Assembly: GCA_964016885.1 (NCBI GenBank)
Contig: OZ024743.1
Location: 170,562,001 to 170,626,000 of the forward strand
Direction of reading: 5' to 3'
DNA from: Eledone cirrhosa
Taxonomy: Eukaryota
Length of the DNA stretch: 64,000 nucleotides
The position numbers and the translations under genes were made by a program. Of this stretch, positions 37,640 through 50,447 are shown piece by piece. The notes beneath the pieces are model-generated. The model ran no database searches. It saw only the letters and a program-made list of their open reading frames with translations, and had not been told where the DNA came from. Numbering within the stretch: position 1 is the first letter of the stretch; every line of letters starts with the position of its first letter.

Positions 37640-38460
37640 TAAGTTCCCCAAGCTGAGGATCAGAATAAGGTGAACTAATTTTGAAAACCAAACAAGGCAT
37701 TAGAAAGAAAATTAAATCGCTAAGATAACAAAAGAATCTTATTTTAGCAAATTTAATGATCCCAAATATTTTGGGGTTTAAAAACCCATTATCAAGGGTG
37801 TATCCTTAGGAGAGACATAAGGCATCGATCGGAGTTGACTTGTTTGGAAGGTAGGTTTAAGTTAAATGTAATGAAAAGACGTTAAAATTTTGAATATGTG
37901 CATTGTGAAATGTCTGCAGAAAGGTGTGTGTGAATGTAAGTGTGCTTAGTGGGATGTTTCTATGTAAATTTATGTATTGAAAGACGTGTGCGATTATGTA
38001 TATAATATAAAGGGAAAATATGTGTGATATATGTATGTGTCTGAGTCTAGAAACAGGCCACTGGGGTGTTGGAATACAGGCTTTAAAATTAGCCATTCTG
38101 GTGCACTTCTTTCCATTTGATTATTGATCCTAGGTTTTAATTGCTTGATTAAGAGGGCTTCTTTAATTCTCAGCGTGCCTATACTGCGTTCGGTGGCTAA
38201 GACTGTGGTGATTATGTTGTCCCGGTTTCTACATTTGATGATGTGTTTGCGGAAGGAAGAGGAGTTGGTGTTAACATGCTCTTTAATAGGGAGATATAAT
38301 GGTCAAATAGTTCTGCCTATGTAAAATAGATTACACTTGTTACATTCTAGCCTGTATACTACATAGGTACATTGGGAACAATTAGTGTTACGGATAGAGC
38401 AATTGGCTAGGGTGCATCCGTTATCCTCATTGGGGGTGTTGCCTTGTGGAGAGTCATCTT
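37640..38460 (-). mobile_element. Penelope-like GIY-YIG fragment related to 24003-24645
   Basis: Minus strand CSQCTYVVYRLECNKCNLFYIGRT..PL..PIKEH. Confidence 0.75.
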
Positions 38461-38520
38461 CACAGAGAAGTTCCAGAGGCTGGATCCCATGGGTAGTCCA
38501 GAGGTCAGTCGGTATACATA

Positions 38521-38555
<35 letters not shown>

Positions 38556-38731
38556 TAATAATATTATTTCTACTTATATATGAGTTATATATAATTATAA
38601 ATAGGAAAGGGTAGTATTCTGTACTACCCGATTACCAGTAAAAGAAATAGCTCAATGTAAATTATCAGATGTATTACAGAGCAGAGATACAAAATATAAA
38701 ACAATAAAATATTTGCTTAATACATTTAATT

Positions 38732-38776
38732 GCTGACGATCGTTTCTTCCAGATAATTGTCTGGAATCATCGGAGC
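38732..38776 (-). ncRNA. Hammerhead ribozyme-like motif (CCGAUGA core variant)
   Basis: GCT-CCGATGA-TTCCAGA CAATTA TCTGGAA-GAAA-CGATCG-TC-AGC: perfect 7-bp stem II, palindromic stem III, GUC triplet. Confidence 0.65.
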
Positions 38777-39473
38777 TTACACAATGTTTAAACTAGTAAT
38801 TACATTCCTAGTCTTTAGAACATTCATTAAGATACAATATTATGAACAGTGTCAGTGACATCATATTGAAAATCAAGAGTAACAAAATGGTATTATAGTA
38901 AACAGATAACAAAATATTGGGAGCTGTTATGAGGAAGTTGTTACTTAAAGTGATTATAATAAGCATATTATAGAGAAAGTTATGCATAAAGGTAATACAG
39001 GTGCAAAATGATATCAAGCAAATACATATTACAATAAAAAGATATCATAGCATTGAAAGGTGTTATAATAAGGGCATATGAAGCAAAATATACAGAATAT
39101 TGATAAAAGCATGCATGACGTAAGACAGAAAGTGAGTATATCAAGCTTATTACATACAGAATGTTAAAAATGGCATGCATTCTGGTAAAAATAGATATGT
39201 AATGATAGGATGTATAAATGTTATGTAATGCAAATAATATAAGTAAACAAAGACAAGTTAGTAACATTCAAAAATGTTTATATTAGAGTTAATGTAGAAA
39301 TGTTTATGTTGGGTGTAAGGTAAAGGTTTAATTTTTGGAATGTTATATATATATATATATATTAAGTGTGCAGTGCTGATGCTAGAGAGACCACAAGTCA
39401 GGAGACTACTCTATGCATGGGAAGAAGCAGATTAAACATAGAGGAAGATAAAATCCTGATTGTGCCACCAGTA

Positions 39474-40523
39474 TCATCATCATCATCATCATTTTACATC
39501 CACTTTTCCCTGCTTGCAAGGGTGGGACAGGTGCTATTCATCTCTCCATTCGTCAAGGTCCTTCATCATCTCTTCCGTGAGCTTCAGCGATCTGAGGTCT
39601 GCTCTCACCACCTCCGCCCATGTTTTTTGTGGTCTTCCTCTACTGGGATTTCTTGACACTTCTTTACCCACCGATCATCCTCCATGTGCATCACATGTCC
39701 ATACCATTGCAGTTTTCTCTTCCGCACACTACAACTTATCCCTCTTATACACAGTTTCTCTCTCATCTCATCTATGCTTGGTCGTTCATTCACATTGACA
39801 TTGCACATCCAACGCAGCATGCTTGCTTCATTTCTATCCAGCCTTTGCATATCCTCTGCAGTTGTTGCCCATGTCTCACTCAGCATCGCGCATCTCACAC
39901 AGGCATCATATAACTGGCCTTTCATACGCAGGGAGAAACCCTTCTTTGTCAAGAGAGGAAGCAGCCCCCTAAACTTATTCCAACCTGTCCTTATTCTAGA
40001 AACTATGGCCTCAGGACACCCTCCTCCCATGCTAATCTGATCACCTAGGTAGCGGAAGCTATCAACCACTTCTATAGAACCCACCTGCATTTGAAAAATG
40101 TACCTATCACTGCAACTGCTACTGACAAATTTCCCTGTACATCTACTGCATACGTATTTTTCCCTACCTGTTAGTTTGCCTGCTATCCCACTACATCTCT
40201 TGTGTACCTGCATTGTGTGCATTATATAGTATTTATGGAAGTTCCTTTTCTACATATCGAATATGGCCATTTCCCTGATGGAATCAGAGTTTTGTCCTCT
40301 ACTCATCAAAACTTTTGTCTTAGCTATGTTCACTTTCAGTCCTCTTGCTTCCAACTGCTGTTTCCATAGCCAGAATTTATTCTCTCGCTCCTCTACTGAT
40401 TCTGCTATAAGAACCAGATCATCAGCATAGAGAAGTTACCATGGGCATCCAGTCTTAAACTCCTCTGTTATGGCTTGGAGGACTATAATGAACAAGAGCA
40501 GGCTGAGGACCGAACTCTGATGT
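39474..40523 (-). mobile_element. RTE LINE 3' fragment (diverged subfamily)
   Basis: LYADDL, VHKRCS, FRYLG and LQWYGHVM motifs; (GAT)n tail. Confidence 0.88.
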
Positions 40524-40937
40524 ACAGTATATATATATATATCAAATTACAAAATGAGGAAATATTAGACAAAACATACCTTTTTTTTCTTCAAGGTCAC
40601 GACTGCAGTTTTGCCGATCCATATGCAACATTTCTGCACTATAAAAATGCATCATCGCTGTGAGGTTGATACAGCTTATCAAGAGACTCCTCAGAAAAAA
40701 AGGACTGTTTCCTGACATGTTCATAGCAAGTGAGAAAATCTTTAGAGGCAGAGGGAGGAATTAACACGTGATACAGTTGTCAAATAAAAGGACTTTTTTT
40801 CGTAGCAAGTGAAAATATATCAAGAGCTGGGGGGGAGAAATTAACACATGCTACATATATATACACATGCATACATACATTGTATGTGTGTGAACAACCT
40901 TTGCTACCAGAGAAAATGGATGTTAAATGATGATGGT

Positions 40938-42215
40938 AAAGTTCGCGGAATTTTTCAGAAAATAATCTATTTTTCAAAAAATATGATTTACCTTCAATTT
41001 ATTTTTCTACATAGTTGCCATCCAGGTCAATACACTTCATAAGGCGATGCTTCCAGCTTCGTAAGCCGTCTCTAAAGAAAGTTGAAGGCCTTGTTAGAAG
41101 CCATGTGTTGGCAGTGTTTTTAGCATTTCTTTTAGCATTTCTTTGAGTTTTGGAAAGAGGAAAAAGTCTGATGGGGCCAAATCTGGACTATAAGGCGGGT
41201 GAGGAAGCACTTCCCATCAAAATTCTCCAAGAACTTCTTTTGCAACCTGCGCAGAATGCGCTGGTGCATTGTCATGGTGAAACAAGATCCCACCATGAAA
41301 TTTCCCTTTTCGTTTCTTGACTAATGCCTCTTTCAGCTTCCTTAAAACATTTGCATAGTAAGCTCCTGTCACAGTTCTTTGACCTTCAAGATAATCTATT
41401 AGTATCACCCCATCTGAATCCCAGAAAATGGGGACCATCACTTTTTGATCTGCCTTTTGAGATTTGAACTTGATTGGCCCCGATGATCCACGTGGAAGCC
41501 ACTGTTTTGACTGCTGTTTGGATTCAGGATCATACTGGTAGATCCAGGTTTCATCTCCGGTGATGATTCTGTTCAGGAAATGCTCTTCATCAACTTCAAT
41601 TTTGTTTAATATCGCCACAGACAGATCACTTCAAAGAATCAGCTGGTCAGGGCACAACGCTTTTAGGACTCATCGCGCTGAAAGCTTGCTTAGTCCAAAA
41701 TTATCGTGCAGAATTGAATTTGCCGAACCATATGAAATGTCTAGGGACTTAGCTAACTGATTAACTGTTATTCTTCGATCTTCTTCAATTAAACTCTGAG
41801 CAGCCTCAACGTTTTGGTCATTTTTTGATGTTCCTGGTCTTCCACTGCGATGGTCGTCTTCAAGGTTGTCTCTCCCTTGTTTGAATCACTGAATCCACTT
41901 GTAGACAGAAGTTTTCTTTGGAGCAGTAGTACCGTAAACTTTAACTAAAGCCTCCATAATCTGTGTCCCTTTCCATTTGAGTTTCACCAGAAACTTGATA
42001 TTCAATCTTATCTCAAAATAACTATTTTCCATTGTTCCAAAAAGAGGTTTTTTTAAAGTGTGTCAGTACTGTACAATAGTCCGTGCATAACTGACTGCAA
42101 GTGACTAATAGCAAGGTAAACACCCAGTGACAATGTTCTGACATGTTTAATATTGTTTTAACCTGATTATTTTCTTGCTACGATAAAATTCTGCAAACTT
42201 TTTGATCCCCCCTCG
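40938..42215 (-). mobile_element. Mariner (DD34D) transposon; transposase pseudogene ~42032-40999
   Basis: IITGDETW, FHHDNAPAH and HPPYSPDLAPSDF motifs; right TIR CGAGGGGGGATCAAAAAGTTTGCAGAATTTT with a partial match at 40938. Confidence 0.9.
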
Positions 42216-42217
42216 CA

Positions 42218-43270
42218 ACGTCTATCTTCCACACTAACATGGGTTAGATGGGTTTGTTCCATTTGAGGCAAGTTGGGTCAGGTGCCCGTGTCTTGCTCAT
42301 ATAGGACTGTTTCTGGCTGGTTTTCTATGGCTGGATGCCTTTCTTAATGCCAACGACATTTACAGTGTGTGTTGGATGCTTTTTGCTGTGTCTCCTATAC
42401 GGCCACTTTACAGTGTGCGTTGGGTGCTTTTTGTCGTGACACCTACATGACAACTTTACAGTGTGGGCTGGATGTTTTGTGATACTAATATAACTTTACA
42501 GAGTAAGGGTGGTGTGGACGGAAGTGGGAGGCTGTGTATGGGGTGTATATTAGATTGCGAGGTGCCTACTGAATGTAAGTTTAAGTCCGTGTGCAAGGCA
42601 AGTTGGGTCAGGTGCCCGTGTCTTGCTCATATAGGACTGTTTCTGGCTGGTTTTCTATGGCTGGATGCCTTTCCTAATGCCAACGACATTTACAGAGTGT
42701 GTTGGGTGCTTTTTGCTGTGTCTCCTATACGACCACTTTACAGTGTGCACTGGGTGCTTTTTGTCGTGAAACCTACATGACAACTTTACAGTGTGGGCTG
42801 GATGTTTTGTGATACTAATATAACTTTGTATAACAGAGTAAGGGTGGTGTGGACGGAAGTGGGAGGCTGTGTAGGGGTGTATATTAGATTGCGAGGTGCC
42901 TACTGAATGTAAGTTTAAGTCCGTGTGCAAGGGAAGGTGGGTCTTCTATTTTACTGCATAACGCCAAAGATCTCGATCCTGTGTCATTGTCTTAGAGAGG
43001 TGCAAGTGTGCAAGGTCAGCTTTTATCTCCTCATCCCAGGACTTTCTGCGTCTTCCTACTCCATAGCTTCCATCAATTTTGATCACCCTGCACTTTTTTA
43101 TACAGCTGCCGTCCTTCATATGCATCACATGACCATACCAACACAATGTCTTCTCTAGTAAACTGCATCTGATCCCTCTTATGCCTAATTTCTCACTTAG
43201 TTCATTTACCCTTTGCCCTTCATGTATATTACTATTACAATTCCATCGGAGCATGCATGCTTCATTTCTT
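42218..43270 (-). mobile_element. RTE LINE 3' end with ~328-bp tandem duplication in the 3'UTR
   Basis: ERNEACMLRW..WYGHVM. 42267-42594 is repeated at 42595-42925. Confidence 0.87.
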
Positions 43271-43355
43271 TCTGTGTGTGTGTATATATATATTATATAT
43301 ATATATACACACACACATATATACACACACACACACACATATAATAGGAGTGTGT

Positions 43356-43420
<65 letters not shown>

Positions 43421-43429
43421 ATATATATA

Positions 43430-44125
43430 TCATCATCATCATCATCACCATTTAGAATCCATTCTTCCATGCTTGCATGGGACAGATGGGTTGTCCACGT
43501 TGAGAGACAAGTGTCACCAAAATTGGCTACGCCATACCTTGCTCCAATGGGAATGTAAATTTGGCTGGAGATTTTACGGCTAGATGCATTTCCTAACACT
43601 GTGGAACTGGATGGCACTGTTCGCCAAACCCATCTCACAGCAGAACTGTTGGCCCGGAGTCTGGAACTGGGTGGCACCACTAAATGAGGAGGGACACCGG
43701 TACAGCCTGGTACTTGATGGCACTGAAATGGGGAAGGACAGAACAGTTGGCCATGCCGAAACCTTCTCAGAGAGATACCATAATTCAGGTGCCACAACCA
43801 CATATGCCATGTGGAACTGAATGGCTGGGCTGAACCCTTTTAACAATGGAACTGCATTTGGGAGCCTCAAACTGGATGGCACCGCAATGACAGGCCAGTC
43901 ACCGCAATGACAGGCCAGTCACCGCAATGACAGGCCAGTTTTCCGCACCGAACCCTTCACACAGTTTGGTTTCCACCTGGCACCACTATGAGGAGGGACA
44001 GGCCTGTTGGCCATGCCAAACCCTTCACATAGCAGACCCACAGTTCAGGTGCTGCATGGCACCACTATGGGGGAAAGGGACAGACCAGTTGGCTGTGCCG
44101 AACCCGTCTCACAGTGGAACCATAA
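43430..44125 (-). repeat. RTE-tail element with internal array (family of 31285-31815)
   Basis: Same repeated units, plus three copies of the 20-bp CACCGCAATGACAGGCCAGT at 43880-43939. Confidence 0.65.
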
Positions 44126-44564
44126 TTAATGAGGGAGGTTTATCATTGAAATATATATTATTCAATAAAACAGTTATGTAAAAGTAACCCCGACTGAATA
44201 TGTACATGCGTTTTTTCTCATTTTTTCCGCTCCTTCCTCTTCTTATTCTATCTTCTGACAAATGACTAATGACAAATGACTAATGTCCAAAATGTTAAGA
44301 CTCTTTCTATTATTTCAAGCATTAAACTAATATATTTTTTAATTGTACTGTGTCATTTGAACATTTTCCCAAAAGTATTTGAATTTGTTTACATTTTCGG
44401 ATTTCTGTGATTGTCTTATGGACATGTATTGGTAAATATTAATGTTATTTAATAGATTCTGAAGAGATTAATATAACAGGAATGAATATTCCTGTTATTT
44501 TAATTGAAACGTTTGTCGATCAATTAAATGATTTAATTTAAATGCTGGTTATTCTACACACACA

Positions 44565-45125
44565 CATATAGATAAAGCCAAAAAGAAGCGTTTCTAAGAA
44601 GCCAAGGCAAGATACCAAAACCTGCAAGAAGCAGAAAACAAGTGGTGGCAAGAAAGAGCACAAGAAATGCAGACAGCAAAGATCTAAAGAACTTTTATAA
44701 AACCCATCAAGCAACTCTATGGGCCAACACCCTCATTGACAGGTGTACTCCTAGCAACTGACAACACTAACCAGCCTTCTGGAAATCCTAGAGCGTGGGA
44801 GTGAGCACTTTGAAAGCTTACTAAACAAGCCTAAATAAACTGCTCTTGACGATCTGATAAATGTTCCACAACATCAGGAACAGCACTGGATGTCCTTACC
44901 ACCGACCCAGAATGAATTCCAGGTAGCTGCTGGTCTGATAGCACCAAACAAACCCCCAGGACTTGACAACATTCTCCTTAAATTATTGAAGTATGCGGGG
45001 AAATATTTTCAAAGTATATGCTTATTTTTCATATTTGAGAACAGAAACAACCACCCAGTGATTGGAAGAATGCTAACATAATCACCATCTTCAAAAATAT
45101 GACTGAAAAAAACCCATCTAAGGTG
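44565..45125 (+). mobile_element. Degenerate RTE-like LINE fragment
   Basis: W.EHFESLLN and NKPPGLDNI..LLKY motifs. Confidence 0.55.
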
Positions 45126-45177
45126 TAAGTCATTCACAGCAACATTTCTCTGTGAATAAAGGCATTCATTGCCCAGC

Positions 45178-45179
<2 letters not shown>

Positions 45180-45252
<73 letters not shown>
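45180..45252. repeat. (TC)n microsatellite
   Basis: Directly visible. Confidence 0.97.
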
Positions 45253-45254
<2 letters not shown>

Positions 45255-45903
45255 GTGTATTTTGAAACAATCCTTTGCCTTTTTAATATAAATGTCTGAT
45301 TATATGTCTCAGTGTGTGTGTGTATGTTCTAAAGCTGTATTGCTGGTTAGTTTTTATCTGTTGTTTATTTCCTTAAAATAACAAATACAGAGGTTTATTG
45401 TGGAGGTTTTATAATAAAGATGCTGTTGGAAATGGTGGTGCTGGTGTTGGTGGAGCTAGCGGTGGCGGTGGTGTGCGTGGGGAGCATTTATTTTTGTTCT
45501 TTTTTATTCTATTCTATTATGTGTTCCAGCAGAGGGGCTGAGGCCATGCTGGGGCACTGCCATTGATGTTACACCTTCTATAGCCAGCTTTCCCTGGTTG
45601 GCCATTGATGCAAAAAAGTGTTTGTTGCTGCCGCCCTTATTTGCACTTCGTGGTTCATCCGGGACTATGGTCAGTAGAATGTTGAGATGTCTCTTGAAAA
45701 CATCTACATGCACTCCATGTAGATATCTCAGATTTTTTGGCAGCTTTGTGTATTTTGTATGTTTTTATCTTATTGTTTATTTGTCATTCATTTGAAATTG
45801 TTTATAACAAAACTGCTTTGTTTTTGTTTTGTTTTATTTTTTTTACTTATTAATCTTTTATTTTATTTTCTCTCTTCCCCCTTTCCCCACTCTTCAACCA
45901 CAG

Positions 45904-46147
45904 ATCTGGAAACTGAAATCTCCCTATTAAAAGACTTGAAGAGCTTTGATAATGTTCAAAGTTCTATAGAGACTGATCAATCAGGTAGCGAAACTGACAG
46001 CAGACAGTTATCTACAGAAGACAAACAAGAGAATGTCTTTTCTGAAGAAGCTGATGGTTCAAGTGACAGTGATATTGATACAGAAACAGCTGTATCAAAA
46101 GAAAGACGAGACTCAGGAGTTGGTTCATCATTGACAAGGCCGCCTAG
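45904..46147 (+). CDS. STARD13: Internal coding exon (phase 1 to phase 2) of a DLC1/STARD13/crossveinless-c family RhoGAP, Ser-rich region N-terminal to the GAP domain
   Basis: Polypyrimidine tract and CAG acceptor at 45901-45903; AG|GTAAGT donor at 46148. Open frame DLETEISLL...ERRDSGVGSSLTRPPR matches the DLC-family signature RRDSGVGASLTR (recalled, not searched). The symbol marks the family, not one-to-one orthology. Confidence 0.85.
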
Positions 46148-46667
46148 GTAAGTCAATTATTACTGTTGCTGCTGCTGCTTACTTCCAGCCCAGCTCAACT
46201 ATAATTGAGCAGACCTTATCAAATATGTTTTATCATTGATCATCCTATCTTATTTTCATGTCTGTTTCAATGATGAACATTCATTTGTTCAAATTGCTGA
46301 ATGTTTGATTCATCAAATGTGTATTTAATTAATGTGTATGAGGTTTCTTGGGTGTTTTTTTACTATAAGGCTCAGCCCTTGTTCTACCAAGACACATTTT
46401 CTATTCAGCAGAATATTGTCAAACTGGAAAAAGCAGCCAAACTCAAGGAAGTAATGTATCATAGGATACATGCAGCCATGGGAAATAGAGCTCACTATAG
46501 CAGTTTGGACAGTTAGAGCGCCAAACACACTCTTTCAGACCTTTCTCAGTTTATTTGACATAAGGAACTATTTTATAGGGAAATGCAATTTTTGGGGTTA
46601 CACACACACAAAACACACATGCGCGTGCGCGTATATGTATGTATATATATATATATATATTCCTGTG

Positions 46668-47010
46668 ATGGCGCATGGCTTATTGGTGAAAGCATCGGAC
46701 TTACAAACCTGAGGTTGTGAGTTCAATTCTTGGACCGGGATTTGTGTTGTGTTCTTCAGCAAGATACTTTATTTTACGGTGCTCCAGTTCACTTAGCTGT
46801 AAAAATGAGTTGCGACGTCACTGGTGTGAAGCTGTATCGGTCATTGGCTTTCCCTTGGACAACATCGGTGGTGTGGAGAAGGGAGACTGTTATGCATGGG
46901 TGACTGCTAGTCTTCCACAAACAACCTTGCCTGGACTTGTGCGTTGGAGGGGAACTTTCTAGGTTTAAATCCCATAGTCATTCATGGCCAAAGAGAGTCT
47001 TTACCCTTTC
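46668..47010 (+). mobile_element. tRNA-derived SINE; same head and core as 416-758 but a different tail
   Basis: GGCGCATGGCTTATTGG box A, GAGTTCAATTC box B and CAGCAAGATACTTTATTT core. Confidence 0.75.
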
Positions 47011-47034
47011 CCTTTATATATATATGTGTGTGTG

Positions 47035-47072
<38 letters not shown>

Positions 47073-47077
47073 TATAT

Positions 47078-48590
47078 ATATCATCATCACCATTTTACAT
47101 ACATTCTTCCATGCTAGCATGGGTTAGACGGGTTGTCTTGTTGTGGACCATGCTCGGTCAGCTGATCTTGTCTTGCTCATACGGGAACTGATTTTGACTT
47201 GATTTCTATAGCTGGATGCCCTTCCTAACACCAACCTCATTTACAGTGAGTGTTGGGTGCTTTTTTCCCGTGGCACCTCAACAACCACTTTGCAGTGGGA
47301 GGTGTGGGGGCATATTGTCTATATGCTTCAGCTTGTACCCATAGGAAGTCGGGTCTTCTGTATTACTGTGTAACACCAGAGGTCTCGGTCCTGTGTCATC
47401 GCCTTTGAGAGGAGCAATTGGGTAAGGTCAGCTTTTATCACCTCATCCCAGGTCTTCTTGGGTCTCCCCACTCCACGGCTTCCATCGACTTTTAGTGCTC
47501 TGCACCTTTTTATGCAGCTGTCATCCTTCGTACGAATCACATGTCCATACCAACACAACCTCCTCTCCTGTACACAGAATTTGATTCCTCTTATGCTCAG
47601 TCTCTCTCTCAGTTCGTTTATGCTTTGCTATTTGCCTATATTACTATTTCACATCCATCGGATCATGCAGGCTTCGTTTCTTTTTAATCTGCGCAAGTCT
47701 TCTAGACACAGCGTCCAGGTCTCACTACCATTTAACATTGCTGTTTGTATGCACGCATCATACAGTCTGCCTTGCATTTTGAGGAAAAAGCCTTTTGCAG
47801 TTAACAGTGGTAGTAACTCCCTGAACTTCTGCCATCCCGCTCTTACCCTGGTTATTGTACTTTCCGAACACCCACCTCCATTGTTAATTTGGTCACCTAG
47901 GTAGCAGGAGCTGTCTACTGTTTCTACAGAGCCCTCCCAGAGTTTGGTAGTGGTTGTTTCCTGTGGCTGTTTGCTGCTTGCTGTCCCAGCAAAGCTTATA
48001 TTCCGAACTAAGCTTCCTTAGATCCCACTACATTTGGGGCAGAGGCGGGAGTTCCTACCTACACCTTTCCTATATACTGAGCAAGGCCATTTCTCTGAGG
48101 GGATCTAGGTTCTGTTTTTTTGTCTACTTAAAAGGACCTTAGTCTTTGTCAGGTCGTCTTTGAGACCCCTTCTTTCTAGTCCCTGCTTCCCTGTTTGAAA
48201 TTTCTTCTTTAGTTCCATCATAGATTCAGCTATAAATGTAAGATTATCTGCATAGAGAATATCCCATGGGCATCCGGTCTTAAACTCCTTGTTATAGCCT
48301 GCAATAAACAGGAGAGGGTTAAGAACAGAGTCCTGGTGGACACCGACCTGTATGCTAAATTCCTCACTATAGTCATTGTTAACTCTATTTTGATGACTGC
48401 TCTCCTATACTTGCCTTGTACAGCCCCCACAAGCCATTCATCTACTCCTAGTTTTCTAAGAGCCCACCAGATTATAGGACAGGGCACTCTGTTGAAGGCT
48501 TTTTCCAGATCGACAAATGTCAGGTAGAGCAGCTTACTTTTAGCTAGGTACTTTTCCTGTAACTGCCTCACAAGGAAGAGAGCATCAGTG

Positions 48591-48592
<2 letters not shown>
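47078..48592 (-). mobile_element. RTE LINE 3' half
   Basis: RT motifs to 3'UTR, colinear with 3850-5430. Confidence 0.92.
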
Positions 48593-48658
<66 letters not shown>

Positions 48659-48660
<2 letters not shown>

Positions 48661-49376
48661 TAAATGAGGAGAATGCATGGGATAAAGAGACTATACCCCA
48701 AGTGGACCCTATAGGGGGTCAGCAATACGCAGCAGCATAGTAAGTAAGGCAATTAAAGATATGAAGACTGGGACGGCAACCGGTCCATCGGGTATAGCTG
48801 CCGAGATGCTGAAAGCATCTGGGTCAGTAGGTCACACCATCATCACACAGATTGTTAACCAGGTAATACTAGAGGGTGTCATACCAAAGGATTGGTGCAG
48901 CAGCATCATTGTCAACTGCTACAAAGGTAAAGGAGATGCACTGGATTGAGGAAACTATAGAGGTATAAAGCTGATGGACCAGGTCACAAAAATAATGAAC
49001 GGGTAAAACTAGATGAGATGCGGTTTGGGTTTGTGACAGGAAAAAGCACCACTGATGCTCTCTTCCTTGTGAGGCAGTTACAAGGAAAGTACCTAGCTAA
49101 AAGTAAGCCACTCTACCTGGCACTTGTCGATCTGGTATAAGTAAAGAATGGCGCAAATAGAATGAGAAATAAAGTAAAGGAGAATATATATATATATGTA
49201 AAGTGGTCGTGTAGGCACGATAGTAAAAATAAGGTTGGTGTTAGGAAGGGCATGCAGCTGTAGAAACCAAGACAAAATCAGTTCTGTGTGAGCAAGACAC
49301 AGTCATCTGACCTGGCATTGTCCACAACAGGACAACTCATCTAACACATGCTAGCACAGAAGAATGGACGTTAAAC
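48659..49376 (+). mobile_element. RTE LINE middle fragment (48659-49135) plus 3' tip (49230-49376)
   Basis: KTGTATGPSGIAAEMLKA..CYKGKGDALD, followed by RTE tail sequence. Confidence 0.85.
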
Positions 49377-49385
49377 CTATATATA

Positions 49386-49502
49386 TATAGGAACAAGTAT
49401 GACCCCGACGGCAGAGCTCAAGCCATTTCGACGGCTAATTCTCAAAGTATTGAGTACTTTGGTGCGTTATGGTCCATCTGCTTCCTTACCACATTTCCTT
49501 CG

Positions 49503-49505
<3 letters not shown>
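49386..49505. mobile_element. Minimal member of the 52676-54720 family
   Basis: First half matches the left-arm tip 52676-52724; second half matches the tail 54660-54720; flanked by (TA)n. Confidence 0.75.
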
Positions 49506-49538
<33 letters not shown>

Positions 49539-50124
49539 GAATAATCGAGTATCGGAAAATCGGCTCACGAGTTTACGATAAACAAATTCGACATGAGTGG
49601 CAGAGGGCTCAATAATTCAGATAAATCAGAGCTATAACTATCGTTAAAATACCAACGCACAAAGATTATGTCTAAAATCACCCATGCGGCCGAAAAATTA
49701 CGACCAGGAAGATTCGGGTCACTCAGATAAAATATCAATAAATCAATAAATCATATGAATGTAAAAAGCTTACCCGGACCCACTAGAAAGATGGTAAATC
49801 TAGCTTCTCGGGTTTCTGTAATTCCTTAATCCGCCCCCTATCAGCCCACATAAAAATATATAAGACTTCTAGAGAGCGGCGGACCGGAATACTTTATCAA
49901 CGGGTCTTGTCCAAACGAATAAAAAAGCTAACCCTAGCTGAGACGCACATGGTGTCCAGCAAGGGAGATAACCTCTATATCCGCGAAAGATATTCGGTAA
50001 TGTGGGAAATCACATATCGAATAAGAGTGCTCAATAGACATGTTAAAATAAACAGGAGCTATTCATCATTTAATAGAATCGACAAAAAATGAACAATAAA
50101 ATATATATATATATATATGCATTC

Positions 50125-50151
<27 letters not shown>

Positions 50152-50155
<4 letters not shown>

Positions 50156-50447
50156 ATATTGAGATGATCGGAAAAGTAAACATTAAAAAATCTTTTAAAT
50201 AAATTAAAATACGATTTAAATATTTAGCTAGCCAAAATGCTTTCACCGACGGTTTCGCCTCACAAACGATTGGAAATCCAAAGGACTTCTAATGGAAGCA
50301 TTTTGGATAGGTAAATATTTAAATCGTATTTTAATTTATTTAAAAGATTGTTTAATGTTTACTTGTTCCGTTCATCTCAATTTTATAGTTCTGGTATCTC
50401 AAATTAATACCATTGAACAACAAATATATTATTAATCTCATTTTATA
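50152..50447. mobile_element. ~295-bp fold-back element; reverse-complement copy at 57343-57638
   Basis: Internal inverted arms ~50158-50240 and ~50298-50382 plus a tail; set in (TA)n. Confidence 0.75.

Noticed and set aside
44251-44300. Hammerhead-like CTGACAAATGAC..GTCCAAAATGTTAAGA
   Set aside because: Core mutated at several positions and disrupted by a 14-bp duplication; not credible as functional.
46301-46516. ORF downstream of the exon as a second exon
   Set aside because: No DLC-family motif (expected R.RW.SF) and no convincing splice sites.
50240-50310. Hammerhead in the 295-bp fold-back element
   Set aside because: GAAAC and GAAAGC fragments are present, but no CUGANGA-like core with consistent stems on either strand.
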